Positions 47,928-59,578 of a stretch of DNA of 64,000 bases are shown one piece after another. The DNA is from Macrostomum hystrix. Its lineage: Eukaryota > Animalia > Platyhelminthes. The translations under genes and the position numbers were made by a program. The stretch covers positions 34,472,001 through 34,536,000 of the forward strand of contig CATNEN010000038.1 in assembly GCA_950097015.1 (NCBI GenBank), given 5' to 3'. The notes under the pieces were generated by a model that worked only from the letters and a program-made list of their open reading frames with translations, did not search any database and was not told the DNA's origin. Each line of letters begins with the position of its first letter. Positions within the stretch are counted from its first letter, which is position 1.

Positions 47928-47994
47928 TTCTAGAACCTTCTGTAGCCAGAATATTCTAGAACCTTCTATATAGTCCGTGTTTTCTAGAACTTTC
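47928..47994. promoter_or_regulatory. Cluster of three perfect heat-shock elements
   Basis: TTCtaGAAccTTC (47928-47940), GAAtaTTCtaGAAccTTC (47949-47966), TTCtaGAActTTC (47982-47994); TATATA at 47967. Confidence 0.62.
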
Positions 47995-48294
47995 GATTTA
48001 ACATATCAGCTACCTATGAATTTACGGACACAAAGCTATCACAAAAAGGATAACTTCTCAATTTGGAACTGCCAACAAATCCGTTGTTCCCTTCGTTCAC
48101 TACATAACAGTTTGAGTCGGCGCTAAAAGACAGAAAGTGGTGGGTGCGTGATTAGGGCTGGCTTTGTCAAGTTAAAGTATAAACAAAATATGTTTAAGTT
48201 CTTCTGTAGCTAATTAGTGAATTAGATTTGAGTCTCCATTCACTATTGATTACTTAAAGTAGACAATTTAAAATTTCACATGATACAAAAACGA

Positions 48295-49055
48295 GATTCA
48301 TGCCTCCTGAATCATGATAGATTCGGCAGATTCCATGCCTCCTGAATCATGATGGATTCGGCAGATCCCATGCCTCCTGAATCATGATGGATTCGGCAGA
48401 TTCCATGCACTCTGAATCATGATGGATTCGGCAGATTCCATGCACCCTGAATCATGATGGATTCGGCAGATCCCATGCCTCCTGAATCATGATGGATTCG
48501 GCAGATTCCATGCACCCTGAATCATGATGGATTCGGCAGATTCCATGCCTCCTGAATCATGATGGATTCGGCAGATTCCATGCACCCTGAATCATGATGG
48601 ATTCGGCAGATTCCATGCCTCCTGAATCATGATGGATTCGGCAGATTCCATGCACCCTGAATCATGATGGATTCGGCAGATTCCATGCACTCTGAATCAT
48701 GATGGATTCGGCAGATTCCATGCACTCTGAATCATGATGGATTCGGCAGATTCCATGCACCCTGAATCATGATGGATTCGGCAGATTCCATGCACCCTGA
48801 ATCATGATGGATTCGGCAGATTCCATGCACCCTGAATCATGATGGATTCGGCAGATTCCATGCCTCCTGAATCATGATGGATTCGGCAGATTCCATGCAC
48901 CCTGAATCATGATGGATTCGGCAGATTCCATGCCTCCTGAATCATGATGGATTCGGCAGATTCCATGCACCCTGAATCATGATGGATTCGGCAGATTCCA
49001 TGCACCCTGAATCATGATGGATTCGGCAGATTCCATGCACCCTGAATCATGATAG
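48295..49055. repeat. 35-bp minisatellite (GATTCCATGCACCCTGAATCATGATGGATTCGGCA)
   Basis: About 21 units. Confidence 0.96.
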
Positions 49056-49246
49056 ATGTTTCCTGAATAAAGTACAATGTGACACGTTTCCATTCTAAGC
49101 AAGATTGATTCGTTTTGTGAGTTTTTTAGTTTTGCTGAAATAATAAACCTAGAAAGAAATTGAAACGAAAAATAAAATCTGAATATTTCTTGGAAACGTT
49201 CTAATTTAAACAAAAGCTAAAAATATTATGCGGATCATCTCCGATG

Positions 49247-52200
49247 TCAAGCTGCTGATCCAGCTGGATTACGAGATTCTTCCCTCATCGGCTCCTTGTG
49301 ACAATAGGCGTTCTTCCAGATCTCAGACAGACACACGGTGGAGTGAAACCTGAAGAAGATGATCATTGGCAGGGTGGTGTACTTGATGATCTTCCAGCCC
49401 TTGGCGCCGAAATAGTTCTCGTAGAAGTGCACGGAGATGCGCCGCTTGGACTCGAAGATCGCGGCCACCCACATGGCCAGGTTGGCCACTAGCAGGGCGA
49501 TCAGGATGCCTCTGGCTGGCTTGCGGCCCTGCAAATACAGCCGGCGGCTGAGCTTCCTCCGAGAGAACTGCGCAATTAGGAAGGTCTGCGCCAGAGCCTG
49601 GGCTCCGTCCAGCAGCGACTTCAAGCCGTTTAGCTTCGTGACGATGCCGCTACGGCCGATGCCAAACAGGCAGTGGTCCGTGCCCTTCAGAGCCGCATGC
49701 TCGTCCATCAGACAGGATGCCGACGACACAACCACGAACAAGTTGTAGCATAGCAGCCCTGACAAGCCCACCAGCAGCAGCTTGCCGTCAAGGTCTTCGC
49801 GACCGCGGGATGTGTCTACGGATAGGCTGCTCAGGGATCTGGTTTGGAATGGGAATCAGTGGGATATCTGATGCTGCTCAGGGATTTGGATTAAAAGAAT
49901 GGGAATCAATGGGATATCCGATGCTGCTCAGGGATCTGAGTTGGAATGGGAGCTTTGGGATTTCAGATCCTGCTCAGGGATCTGGGTTGGAATGAGAAGC
50001 GGTGGGATTTCAGATCCTGCTTAGGGATCTGGGTTGGAATGAGAAGCGGTGGGATTTCAGATCCTGCTTAGGGATCTGGGTTGGAATGAGAAGCGGTGGG
50101 ATTTCAGATCCTGCTTAGGGATCTGGGTTGGAATGAGAAGCGGTGGGATTTGAGATCCTGCTCAGGGATCTGGGTTGGATTGAGAAGCGGTGGGATTTCA
50201 GATCCTGCTCAGGGATCTGGGTTGGATTGGGAAGCGGTGGGATTTCTGATACTGCTTAGAGATCAGGTGCTGGTCAAGGATCTCTGGGTACGCGAAGCGA
50301 ATTTCTCTTATGAAGCATGTGGTATCAAATTCATATACTGAATGTCTATTTGGTTGCTTCTGACACTCTCGTACCTGCAGGCGCCAGCGCAGCAGAGGGC
50401 TGTTGTGATGAGGAGCACTGAGCATTCAGCGCCCAGCACTGCGATTGTGTAGGCGTCGCGCCTCTCTTTGTCCGGCTTCGGCAGCAGCACCAGCGTGGCC
50501 AGGGGCACCACAATGAGGATGACAATGAGCAGGCCGAAGAACAGGCCCTTGTGCGACTTGTGACAGGTGGTGAACATCTTGAAGGACCGCACCGCCTGTG
50601 GCTGGCGTCGGTGCAGGCTGACCCGGTCTGAGCAGGGAGCTCCGACTTTGCGGAACAGCTTGAAGCAGACAGCCGCCGAGATGAGGCCGTACTCAACGGC
50701 GCATGGATACAGGAAGGGGCTGAGAGCGTGTGATGAGCCGGCGTAGGTTGCCAGGGTCAGCGCGCACTCTGCGGACGGTTTTTTGTTGCGCAGCGAAAGT
50801 CAGCCAGTCCATGGAAATATGCAGACCTGGTTGCTGTGACACTTAACATTGATCAGAAAGTCATGGGGAGCCCTGGACATTGAAACTCCATTGTTCGTTA
50901 TTGAACTCTATTGTAGTCGTTAAGAATCTGACCCCTGATTTCTAGGCTAAGAAATTTAGGACTGTGAAAGTGTTGAATCCCCTTATTAATTATGAGATTT
51001 CATCCAAAATCTATGAATAATAGAGTCCAAAAATACCAGTTTGAGAAGTTGACGAAGCGGCAGATCGATTTGGCCAGTTACGACCTTCGATGCCGACTGT
51101 CCCGTTGCCAAAAACACTGGTTTCTGACTGCTGTGTGACACTGAGCGCCATTTTCACCTCGTAGATGACTGCCTTCATCCAGATGCACAGATTGGTGACA
51201 ATCAAGTGAGCGAGTGCAAAGCGAACTGCGCTGGTGTACACCGTGACAACTACCTGAGGCATCGAGATTTGGGGCGCTGTCGATGAGTGAACCAGCCATT
51301 AGTTTAAAGTTAAAGACAGTTTGAACTCCGAAATGCTGCTATACAATAACGAACTTTTATGCGTAACTTTGCTAAATATTCCTTCACGGTTTTCGGGACG
51401 TCATTGTGCCACTGTTTTCGGGACGTCATTGTGCCACTGTTTTCGGGATGTCATTGTGCCACTGTTTTCGGGACGTCATTGTGCCACTGTTTTCGGGACG
51501 TCATTGTGCCACTGTTTACGGGACGTCATTGTGCCACTGTTTTCGGGACGTCATTGTGCCACTGTTTTCAGGACGTCATTGTGCCACTGTTTTCGGGACG
51601 TCATTGTGCCACTGTTTTCGGGACGTCATTGTGCCACTGTTTTCGGGACGTCATTGTGCAACTGTTTTCGGGACGTCATTGTGCCACTGTTTTCAGGACG
51701 TCATTGTGCAACTGTTTTCGCGACGTCATTGTGCCACTGTTTTCGGGACGTCATTGTGCCACTGTTTTCGGGACGTCATTGTGCCACTGTTTTCGGGACG
51801 TCATTGTGCCACTGTTTTCAGGACGTCATTGTGCCACTGTTTTCGGGACGTCATTGTGCCACTGTTTTCAGGACGTCATTGTGCCACTGTTTTCTGGACG
51901 TCATTGTGCCACTGTTTTCGGGACGTCATTGTGCCACTGTTTTCGGGACGTCATTGTGCCACTGTTTTCAGGACGTCATTGTGCCACTGTTTTTGGGACG
52001 TCTTTGCGTTATGCATTTCAGGACGTCACTGCGTCATGGTTTTCAGGGTGGTCATTCCGTTATGCATTTCGGGACGTCAATGCATCATGGTTTTCGGGAC
52101 GTCACTGCGTCATGGTTTTCGGGACGTCACTGCGTCATGGTTTTCGGGACATAACGTGTGAAGGCTTTAGGGACGACATTACGTCAAATTTTTAGTCAGG

Positions 52201-55200
52201 AATTCGGGGAAAGTTTGTGTTATGTTGGATGAAATTTGTAAAGTTCTTAATTTTTTTAAAATATTCAGATATAGCATCTGGAATCTGGCATTCTGTTAAT
52301 CAGATCATTATGACGTCCGAAAAAGCGTTTTCAGCTTCTGGATTTGGATAAGTGCGTAAGTTTTTCAGTCGATACTATAAAATTATTATCTTGGTGATAA
52401 GTATACACTATTATCTTCTTGGCTGACATTCGATGTTGCGGCTCGTATTAACTTTCAAATCATTGACTGGATTTATTTGAACAGTGCGTGATATTTCAAC
52501 AACGTTCAGAGCATTCACAGGATTGCTCACGCGATGGTTTTTGAACAGGTGGAAAGTCTGCAGAAGAATAAACAGCAGGTGTACCAGCAGCTGCATCTGC
52601 CACATCAGGCTCCGACAGTCGGCACTGCTGGGCTGTTCGATAGCGTCTGCCAGCTTGAAGGCGTCGTGAATCATCACGCCGAAGCCAAAAACTGTGGGTC
52701 AAGCAGCAAGAAGGACACACAAATCAAAGATCCGACTGTGCATCAGCACAAACTTCCTCACTAGTACAGGGCACACTCTCGCATATTGGTTCAGTAAAAT
52801 AATCAACTATAATAGCCGACAAGGTTACATACAGAAGTTTTGTGAGCAGAAAAATTATGCTATATTGGTTTTCTTTGCCACCAGAAACCCGGACACTGTG
52901 AGTTAGACACTGTGAGTTAGACACTGTGAATTAGACACTGTGAATTAGACACTGTGAGTTAGACACTGTGAATTAGACACTGTGAGTTAGACACTGTGAG
53001 TTAGACACTGTGAGTTAGACACTGTGAGTTAGACACTGTGAATTAGACACTGTGAGTTAGACACTGTGAGTTAGACACTGTGAATTAGACACTGTGAATT
53101 AGACACTGTGAGTTAGACACTGTGAGTTAGACACTGTGAATTAGACACTGTGAATTAGACGCTGTGAATTAGACACTGTGAATTAGACACTGTGAGTTAG
53201 ACACTGTGAGTTAGACACTGTGAGTTAGACACTGTGAGTTAGACACTGTGAATTAGACACTGTGAATTAGACACTGTGAGTTAGACACTGTGAGTTAGAC
53301 ACTGTGAATTAGACACTGTGAATTAGACACTGTGAATTAGACACTGTGAATTAGACACTGTGAATTAGACACTGTGAATTAGACACTGTGAATTAGACAC
53401 TGTGAGTTAGACACTGTGAGTTAGACACTGTGAGTTAGACACTGTGAATTAGACACTGTGAATTAGACACTGTGAATTAGACACTGTGAGTTAGACACTG
53501 TGAATTAGACACTGTGAGTTAGACACTGTGAATTAGACACTGTGAGTTAGACACTGTGAATTAGACACTGTGAGTTAGACACTGTGAATTAGACACTGTG
53601 AGTTAGACACTGTGAATTAGAGACTGAATTATTCAGAAAACTATTAAACAAATAAAATAACTGACTTTCACCATGCTACAAGCCAGGACAGACCTTCTAC
53701 CAATGCATTTGCGTTTCCAATGGTTTCTAATGCGTTAAAAGCCTGAACAACCAATAGCAGCAAAAACTTGCCCCACTTACTGAATAGCTTTCCCTATATC
53801 CACTGCAGGGACAGTTTTTATGCTCCAAAGCTTCAGCTTAGACCCAATTCTGGTGGGCTGATTTCTGTAATTTGACTTTTCTAGTGATTTTTAGCAGATT
53901 CGTTTAGCGTTGCAGATGAACTTTTTAGTGATCTACGTTGCGGGCCTTGTCTACATCCTTTTCGCACCACTAGCAGCCGCGTCCACAGGTAGCTATATCC
54001 GTTTCATCACAATGAATTGTTTCATGTAATTTCTTAATACACCCGTGACCAACTAAAAAGGTTAAAATTGTGTGCAAAGTGCAACCCTCAACTTTGTTGA
54101 AAAATGATTACACCTGCCCCAATTGGGCCAGATATACAGCTGACTGCACAGCCACAGCTCTTGCGGGGCGCATCTGAAGGCTGCGTACAGCTGTTCAGTC
54201 CATGGACTGGTGAACGCCACACCCACCTGCAATTATCCCACCTATTGCTGGTACCCATTTAACAGCTGGGTGAACTAAAGCAATGCAGAGTTAGGTGTCT
54301 GTCTAAACGACTCAAATCAATTCATTGAAGTTAAGAATCGAACCATCGACCATCAAGTCGATCCACAAGGCTACAACCTGTATTGTTGCTAAGCGGTTAT
54401 TGTTCAGATACGCTTTCATTGAAAAGCTTTATCTTTATCCTTTTTTGTGGAAAAAACTGAGTTTTCCGCTGAGCCAGTGTCTCCGACTAACATGGCGGCC
54501 TCTGTGCTCAAAGTGTCTGGCCGTAGCGACATCGAGTGCGCCTCAAAGTGCGGCCATACTGAGCCCAGCCGCTGCTCAGCAACCGTTTTCATTACCGAGA
54601 CCCAAACCTGCCTGTACTCAAGTGACAGGAATGTGGACTTTGCTGGTGCTGCTTTGGGAAGGACTGTCTACAGGAGGCAACTCGAGGCCGGCAACGGTTA
54701 GCCATTGCTTGTCGTTAATATTTGATGCATTTTACTCTGCAGTCGGTAGGGGCAACGGGTAGAAAATCGTAAATCAATAGAGAATCGCCCGGATTTGTCA
54801 CGGCTAGCCCAGGGTGCGGACACCCGCATGAAGATCGGCTTTAGCTCGATTATTTTTAAGATAAAATTATTTTACAAGGAAAACACATTTTTTAGTTGAA
54901 AGCTTATTCAAACATGGCGGACCTGCATGGGTTTAAGCATGGCTTCTTCCTAATTGCAATGAGTACTATACTCGTGACACTTGCGAATGATTTAGAGACA
55001 CTGGACACTAGAGATGCTGCCCATTGCGCTGACCCAATAAGCTACGCAGATACGCCGATAGGCAACCGGGTGTACATCTGCCCTGACTTTTCCACTGTCA
55101 GGAAAAGTTAATGTGACCTCGCCGCGGAATCGAGCTCAGGGACCTTGTTGCGAAACCGCTCTGCCACTCAGAGCCTAACCTTAAAAATCGCCAATCGCAT

Positions 55201-58200
55201 TTTAGCTACTTACACTCAGGTGGGCGACCGACTATTTCGCATTATTCAGCACCGTTCAAAGGGCGTTTTAAGCTTTCAGAAGAACTGGGCCGATTATGAG
55301 AAAGGATTCGGTGACGATACTGACTTCTGGATTGGTAATTATTGAGGACAGTAAAATAAAAAGCTAATTTCATAAACAAACTCAAAGTTTTTCAGTCGCA
55401 TGCGGTCGTTTTTATTTTAGGCTTGCAAACGATCACAGCGATGACGGGTAGCACGCCAAGATTGCTGCGAGTGGAAGCTGTCACTTGGACGAATGTTCTG
55501 TACATCAGCGAGTACTCCGGCTTCAGTGTCGGCAACGCCAACACCAGCTACACAATGACATTCGCCTCGTATCTGTCTGCCAGTTCCAATATGTCAAGCG
55601 ACTCGCTCAACTATCACAAGGGAATGAAGTTCTCCACCCTGGATGTTGACAATGACAGCCGGTCCACGTCATCCTGCTCTCAAACTCTTGGCGGCAACGG
55701 CGGCTGGTGGTTCCACAGCTGCCTGTACAGCAACCCCAACGGTATCTATTACCCGTCGGCAGTGATCGATTCTGAGCGGGCGATGCACTGGGTTGGCGCT
55801 GACGGACGACAAGCTGTCAAGACGATTCGCATGATGCTGCAGGTTTAGTATCGGAGCACAGCCTAACGAAAGAACTTACCACTGGAATAACATTGAAAGA
55901 ACTTTGTTCTGCACCTGAGACATTGTAGTTCAGTGGTTCGAATTTATGTATAATACATAATCTAAGTAATCTAAGTAATGTAATCTAGGAAATGGCACAT
56001 CATTTAGTGACACTAGACCAGGGGTCGGCAGACTCCGGCCCGCGGGCCAGATGCGGCCCTCGAAGCCCCTAAATCTGGCCCGTTGCCCCTTCCACCACCT
56101 ATAGTATCCTATCTCATCTCTCCAGTGTCTTATCTGTCCTGTGTCTAATTATCTCTCCCCTGTGTCATCTCTCCAGTGTCTTATCTGTCCTGTGTCTAAT
56201 TATCTCTCCCCTGTGTCATCTCTCCAGTGTCTTATCTGTCCTGTGTCTAATTATCTCTCCCCTGTGTCATCTCTCCAGTGTCTTATCTGTCCTGTGTCTA
56301 ATTATCTCTCCCCTGTGTCATCTCTCCAGTGTCTTATCTGTCCTGTGTCTAATTATCTCTCCCCTGTGTCATCTCTCCAGTGTCTTATCTGTCCTGTGTC
56401 TAATTATCTCTCCCCTGTCTCATCTCTCCAGTGTCTTATCTGTCCTGTGTCTAATTATCTCTCCCCTGTGTCATCTCTCCAGTGTCTTATCTGTCCTGTG
56501 TCTAATTATCTCTCCCCTGTCTCATCTCTGCCGTGTCTCCCGTCTCTCTCCAGTCTTATCTATTCTCATCTCTGGCTCATCCCTCCCCTGTCTCGTCTAT
56601 CCGGTGTCTCATCTCTCCCATTTCTCATCTATCCTGTGTCCAATCTCTCCCATTTATCATCTCTCCAATTTCTCATCTATCCTGTGTCTCATCTCTCCCC
56701 TTTCTCATATTCCTACAGTTAATACGGCCCGCTGTCGTCCTATAGGTTCTCTCCGTGGCCCGCTCGCTAAAAAGTTTGCCGACCCCTGCACTAGACCAAC
56801 AACCAAAGGGGGTGAGTGGGTCAGAGGCTAATGTCGCTGCCTCACTTTCCAATGGTCGCTGGTTCGTTCCTCGTTCGCCGGCCTGGGGGCATGCCGTTCC
56901 TGCGCTTGTGCGTCAAGTGCCCCAGGCCCCCTGCAATTAAGTAAAAAAAGACCAACAACCAGCAAAGAGGCAATTCTGCCCATTTGGCTGACTCCTGAGC
57001 ACATACTCACACAGATACCATACGCAGGCACACGCTCACACAGGTGTGTACATCTGCTCTGACTTTCTCATCGTCAGGCAGTGTACACATCACATTGCCA
57101 TGGAGGCTGGCCCTCAAGAGAATATATTGCACGACAAGCCCCCAAGCCTTCTCTCCGCGGCTGCGCACCAATTTAATGTGACCTCGTCGAGAAATCGAGC
57201 TCAGGGACCTTGGTGCGAAAGACAAACGCGTTAGGCCGCACTGCCACTCAACCCCGTGCGAGTAGAATACATAATCTACCAAATAAATGTGAGTGCTCCC
57301 AGTGTTAGAGCAAAACATTCGCTGCTTAAAAACTCTGTTTCAATGTATGATAAACTCATTCCACTCATGATACTGGTATAAGTAGTATCTTACTGGACAG
57401 AGAAGCCTAAAACAATGCCTTGCCAGTTTAAAGCTGCATATTATGAGTTACCTGAGATCTTCACCTGAGATAAGGGTGTGCATGAGGTTGACACCTGAGC
57501 CTGGGGTTGGGCACGCCAGATTCCCCCCTGTAGGGCATCACGTTGCCCCAGGTCACACAAAAATAATAGCATCCCTGCTCCGTAATAGCATGGACAGTTT
57601 GAACGTGACGAATGTAAACTGTCATGTTCCTAATGCGGAGTTGCTAAGACACGGGAGTCAGGTGGTAGGAAATTCTGCTGAGCTCAGCCAGTTTTATTAC
57701 ACATTTAAAAAAAATTTTCTCCAGTGAAAGTAACTAAACAGAAATCTCTAACCCAGCGCACAATGCCCCGATTTCGTCTGGGAATAAAACACGAACTGGC
57801 CTGTTGTAAAAATACTTGTACGATCGCAAAATATTGATAATACGCTCGTATGAGTTAACAGTAGGACTACCAAGCCATTTTGCCGCCCATGTTTGGCTGG
57901 TACCCATTTAACAGATGGGTGAACTGAATCTATGAGTTAACAGTAGGACTGCCAAGCCATTTTGCCGCCCATGTTTGGCTGGTACCCATTTAACAGATGG
58001 GTGAACTGAATCTATGAGTTAACAGTAGGACTACCAAGCCATTTTGCCGCCCATGTTTGGCTGGTGCCATTTAACTAAACAAAGGTCAGACCACCGAACT
58101 TGGAGATGATCCTCCAAGTCATCTTGGATTGACTTGGCTCATCGGGAGACGTGCTGATAAAGTTTGAAGGCCTGGCAAGGCCGCACTGAGTCGCCGTGCA

Positions 58201-59216
58201 AGTTTGTACATAAGGGGTGTATGAAATATACTAGCTCTTATGGGAGAAATCAGAACCTCGACCAGAACCGTTGAATATCTCGACGGTCTGAAATGGCTGG
58301 CGGCTTGATTCTTTGTTTCAGAAGATGCGCAACAAAAAGCTGGCCCGTGTTCTTGAGTTTCGTGTGCTTGCGTTGCTCCGTTCGGGTGCAGCACAAAGGG
58401 GAGAATTTCTCCTTAATAGTTCTATTGTTAACGATATTCTATTGCTAAATGATACAAATTGTTCCAGTGGAATCGGAAATCGAAACCCCGACCTTCAAGT
58501 CGTTAAGTCAGACGCTCAAACCGCTAGCCTACAATCCCTACAACAACTTGGCTACAAATTATTGAATGATAATGCGAGGGTCCTGCGTTTTGACGTTGAA
58601 GTATCGTCAAAAATGATGGTACTGGTTGCTGGTTGCTCCAAAGATTTAGCCACAAACTCGACAGGCTAAACGGTTAGTTATAAGTGTGAATAAGACTTAC
58701 TAATGGCACCTAGCCTCAGGTAGAGATTGATGCCCTCCACGGACACCCAGACAGCCGGCTGCTGCTCGCAGAACTTGCCGTCGTCGTCGCCGGCCTTCGG
58801 CGTCTGCTCCGTGGCGGCTGCGTCAAACCGCAGCGACTTTGTCCGCCGACGTCGGCCGCTTCGAGCACTGCCGTCTGAGCGGGAGTCGCCAGTCGTCAGA
58901 GAAGTCAGATTTAAGGATCTTAAAGCTGTTAACAATGCGACTTACCAGTTGTCTCATTGTGTCCCACCGATCGGCAGTTGTTGTTTCCCTGACGGTGTGA
59001 CGTCATGGCTGCTAGCGGTATCGCCTCCTCGCCGTCGGGACTCCGAAGCTGCTGAGGAGCTGCGTCAGCCTCGTTGTCATCGCTGTCGCCGGATAGACCG
59101 TCATCGCCATCTGCTGTCAGCTTCACGGCCCGGCGCGGCTCTTTGAAGCGGTAGATCACCAGACTGATGAAGGCGAGAAAAATTAGGCCAGCGAAGTGCA
59201 TGTACAGGTAGAATAT
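49247..59216 (-). CDS. otop: Otopetrin-family proton channel; exons 59216-58946, 58874-58701, 52691-52531, 51253-51037, 50768-50375, 49826-49247; 5' exon(s) not located
   Basis: Phase-consistent GT-AG joins; IFYLYM, LYLRLGAIIFGFG, ILLQTFHLF, RFALAHLIVTNLCIW, PFLYPCAVEY, CHKSHKGLFFG, RKPAR, LLVANLAMW, IFFRFHSTVCLSEIWK. Confidence 0.9.
49827..50265. repeat. 47-bp minisatellite in the last otopetrin intron
   Basis: Unit GATCCTGCTTAGGGATCTGGGTTGGAATGAGAAGCGGTGGGATTTCA. Confidence 0.92.
51388..52150. repeat. 25-bp minisatellite (GTTTTCGGGACGTCATTGTGCCACT), intronic
   Basis: About 30 units. Confidence 0.96.
52892..53628. repeat. 14-bp minisatellite (GACACTGTGARTTA), intronic
   Basis: About 52 units. 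Confidence 0.97.
53916..55848 (+). CDS. Secreted PAN + fibrinogen C-terminal domain (FReD) protein nested antisense in an otopetrin intron; exons 53916-53988, 54427-54696, 55206-55334, 55421-55848 (299 aa)
   Basis: Signal-peptide exon; SDIECASKC...CSA...C PAN pattern; IQHR..G..SFQKNWADYEKGFG..FWIGL, GMKFSTLDVDND, GGWWFHSC..SNPNG. All introns phase 1; the exon-2 acceptor (AAG) is the least certain. Confidence 0.82.
54235..54375 (-). mobile_element. CORE-like SINE remnant (third family)
   Basis: Minus strand: B box GGTTCGATTC then GACACCTAACTCTGCATTGCTTTAGTTCACCCAGCTGTTAAATGGGTACCAGC; related fragments at ~29620, ~36295 and 57896-58010. Confidence 0.5.
54995..55170 (-). mobile_element. tRNA-derived SINE (family A), deleted copy in FReD intron 2
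   Basis: GTGTACATCTGCCCTGACTT and CTCGCCGCGGAATCGAGCTCAGGGACCTT blocks. Confidence 0.75.
56019..56788. mobile_element. Non-autonomous hAT (Charlie/Buster-type) MITE carrying a 51-bp minisatellite
   Basis: TIRs CAGGGGTCGGCAGACT / AGTTTGCCGACCCCTG (15 of 16 match); 8-bp TSD CACTAGAC; GGCCCG subterminal repeats. Confidence 0.93.
56806..56948 (+). mobile_element. Short (~140 bp) tRNA-derived SINE (family B) with A tail
   Basis: 13-bp TSD AGACCAACAACCA (56793-56805, 56949-56961); A-box-like TGGGTCAGAGG, B-box-like GGTTCGTTCC. Confidence 0.75.
57849..58073. repeat. 82-bp tandem repeat (~2.7 copies) containing the CORE-like segment
   Basis: TATGAGTTAACAGTAGGACT begins at 57849, 57931 and 58013. 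Confidence 0.88.
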
Positions 59217-59578
59217 CTGAAAATGGGGTTGTTTTGTGGGCATATTCTGTGAGTCAAGTGTGCCAATTCTTTCTTGGACTTTTGCAACTAGAATATTTTG
59301 TATTCAATTCACTGAGTGATTGCGGTTTTCTGCATTCTAATTTAACTTCTATCCAAGGACTAACGCTTGACAATGAGAACTGTAGGGAGACTAAAATAAA
59401 TTGGACAGGAATAGGCTACTATATAGAATGGACTATGAGAAGAATAATATGGTGCTTGTTGGACACGGGAAGGAAGTGCATCCGCCTTGATCCCAAACTG
59501 ATCTTAACTGGCTTGCTTTGTAAACGTCACGGTGGTCAAAGAGGGGCAGGGAAGACTGGGCAAGGAACTCTGAACTGT

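Larger units (their letters stand above)
55960..57256 (-). mobile_element. tRNA-derived SINE (family A) split by two nested insertions
   Basis: 3' part AATGGCACATCATTTAGTGACACTAGAC ends at 56018; the remainder resumes at ~56950-57256. Confidence 0.85.

Noticed and set aside
50265-50310. Possible extra otopetrin exon (EIRFAYPEILDQHL)
   Set aside because: The frame runs into a stop in the minisatellite without a suitable donor; the gene splices in frame without it.
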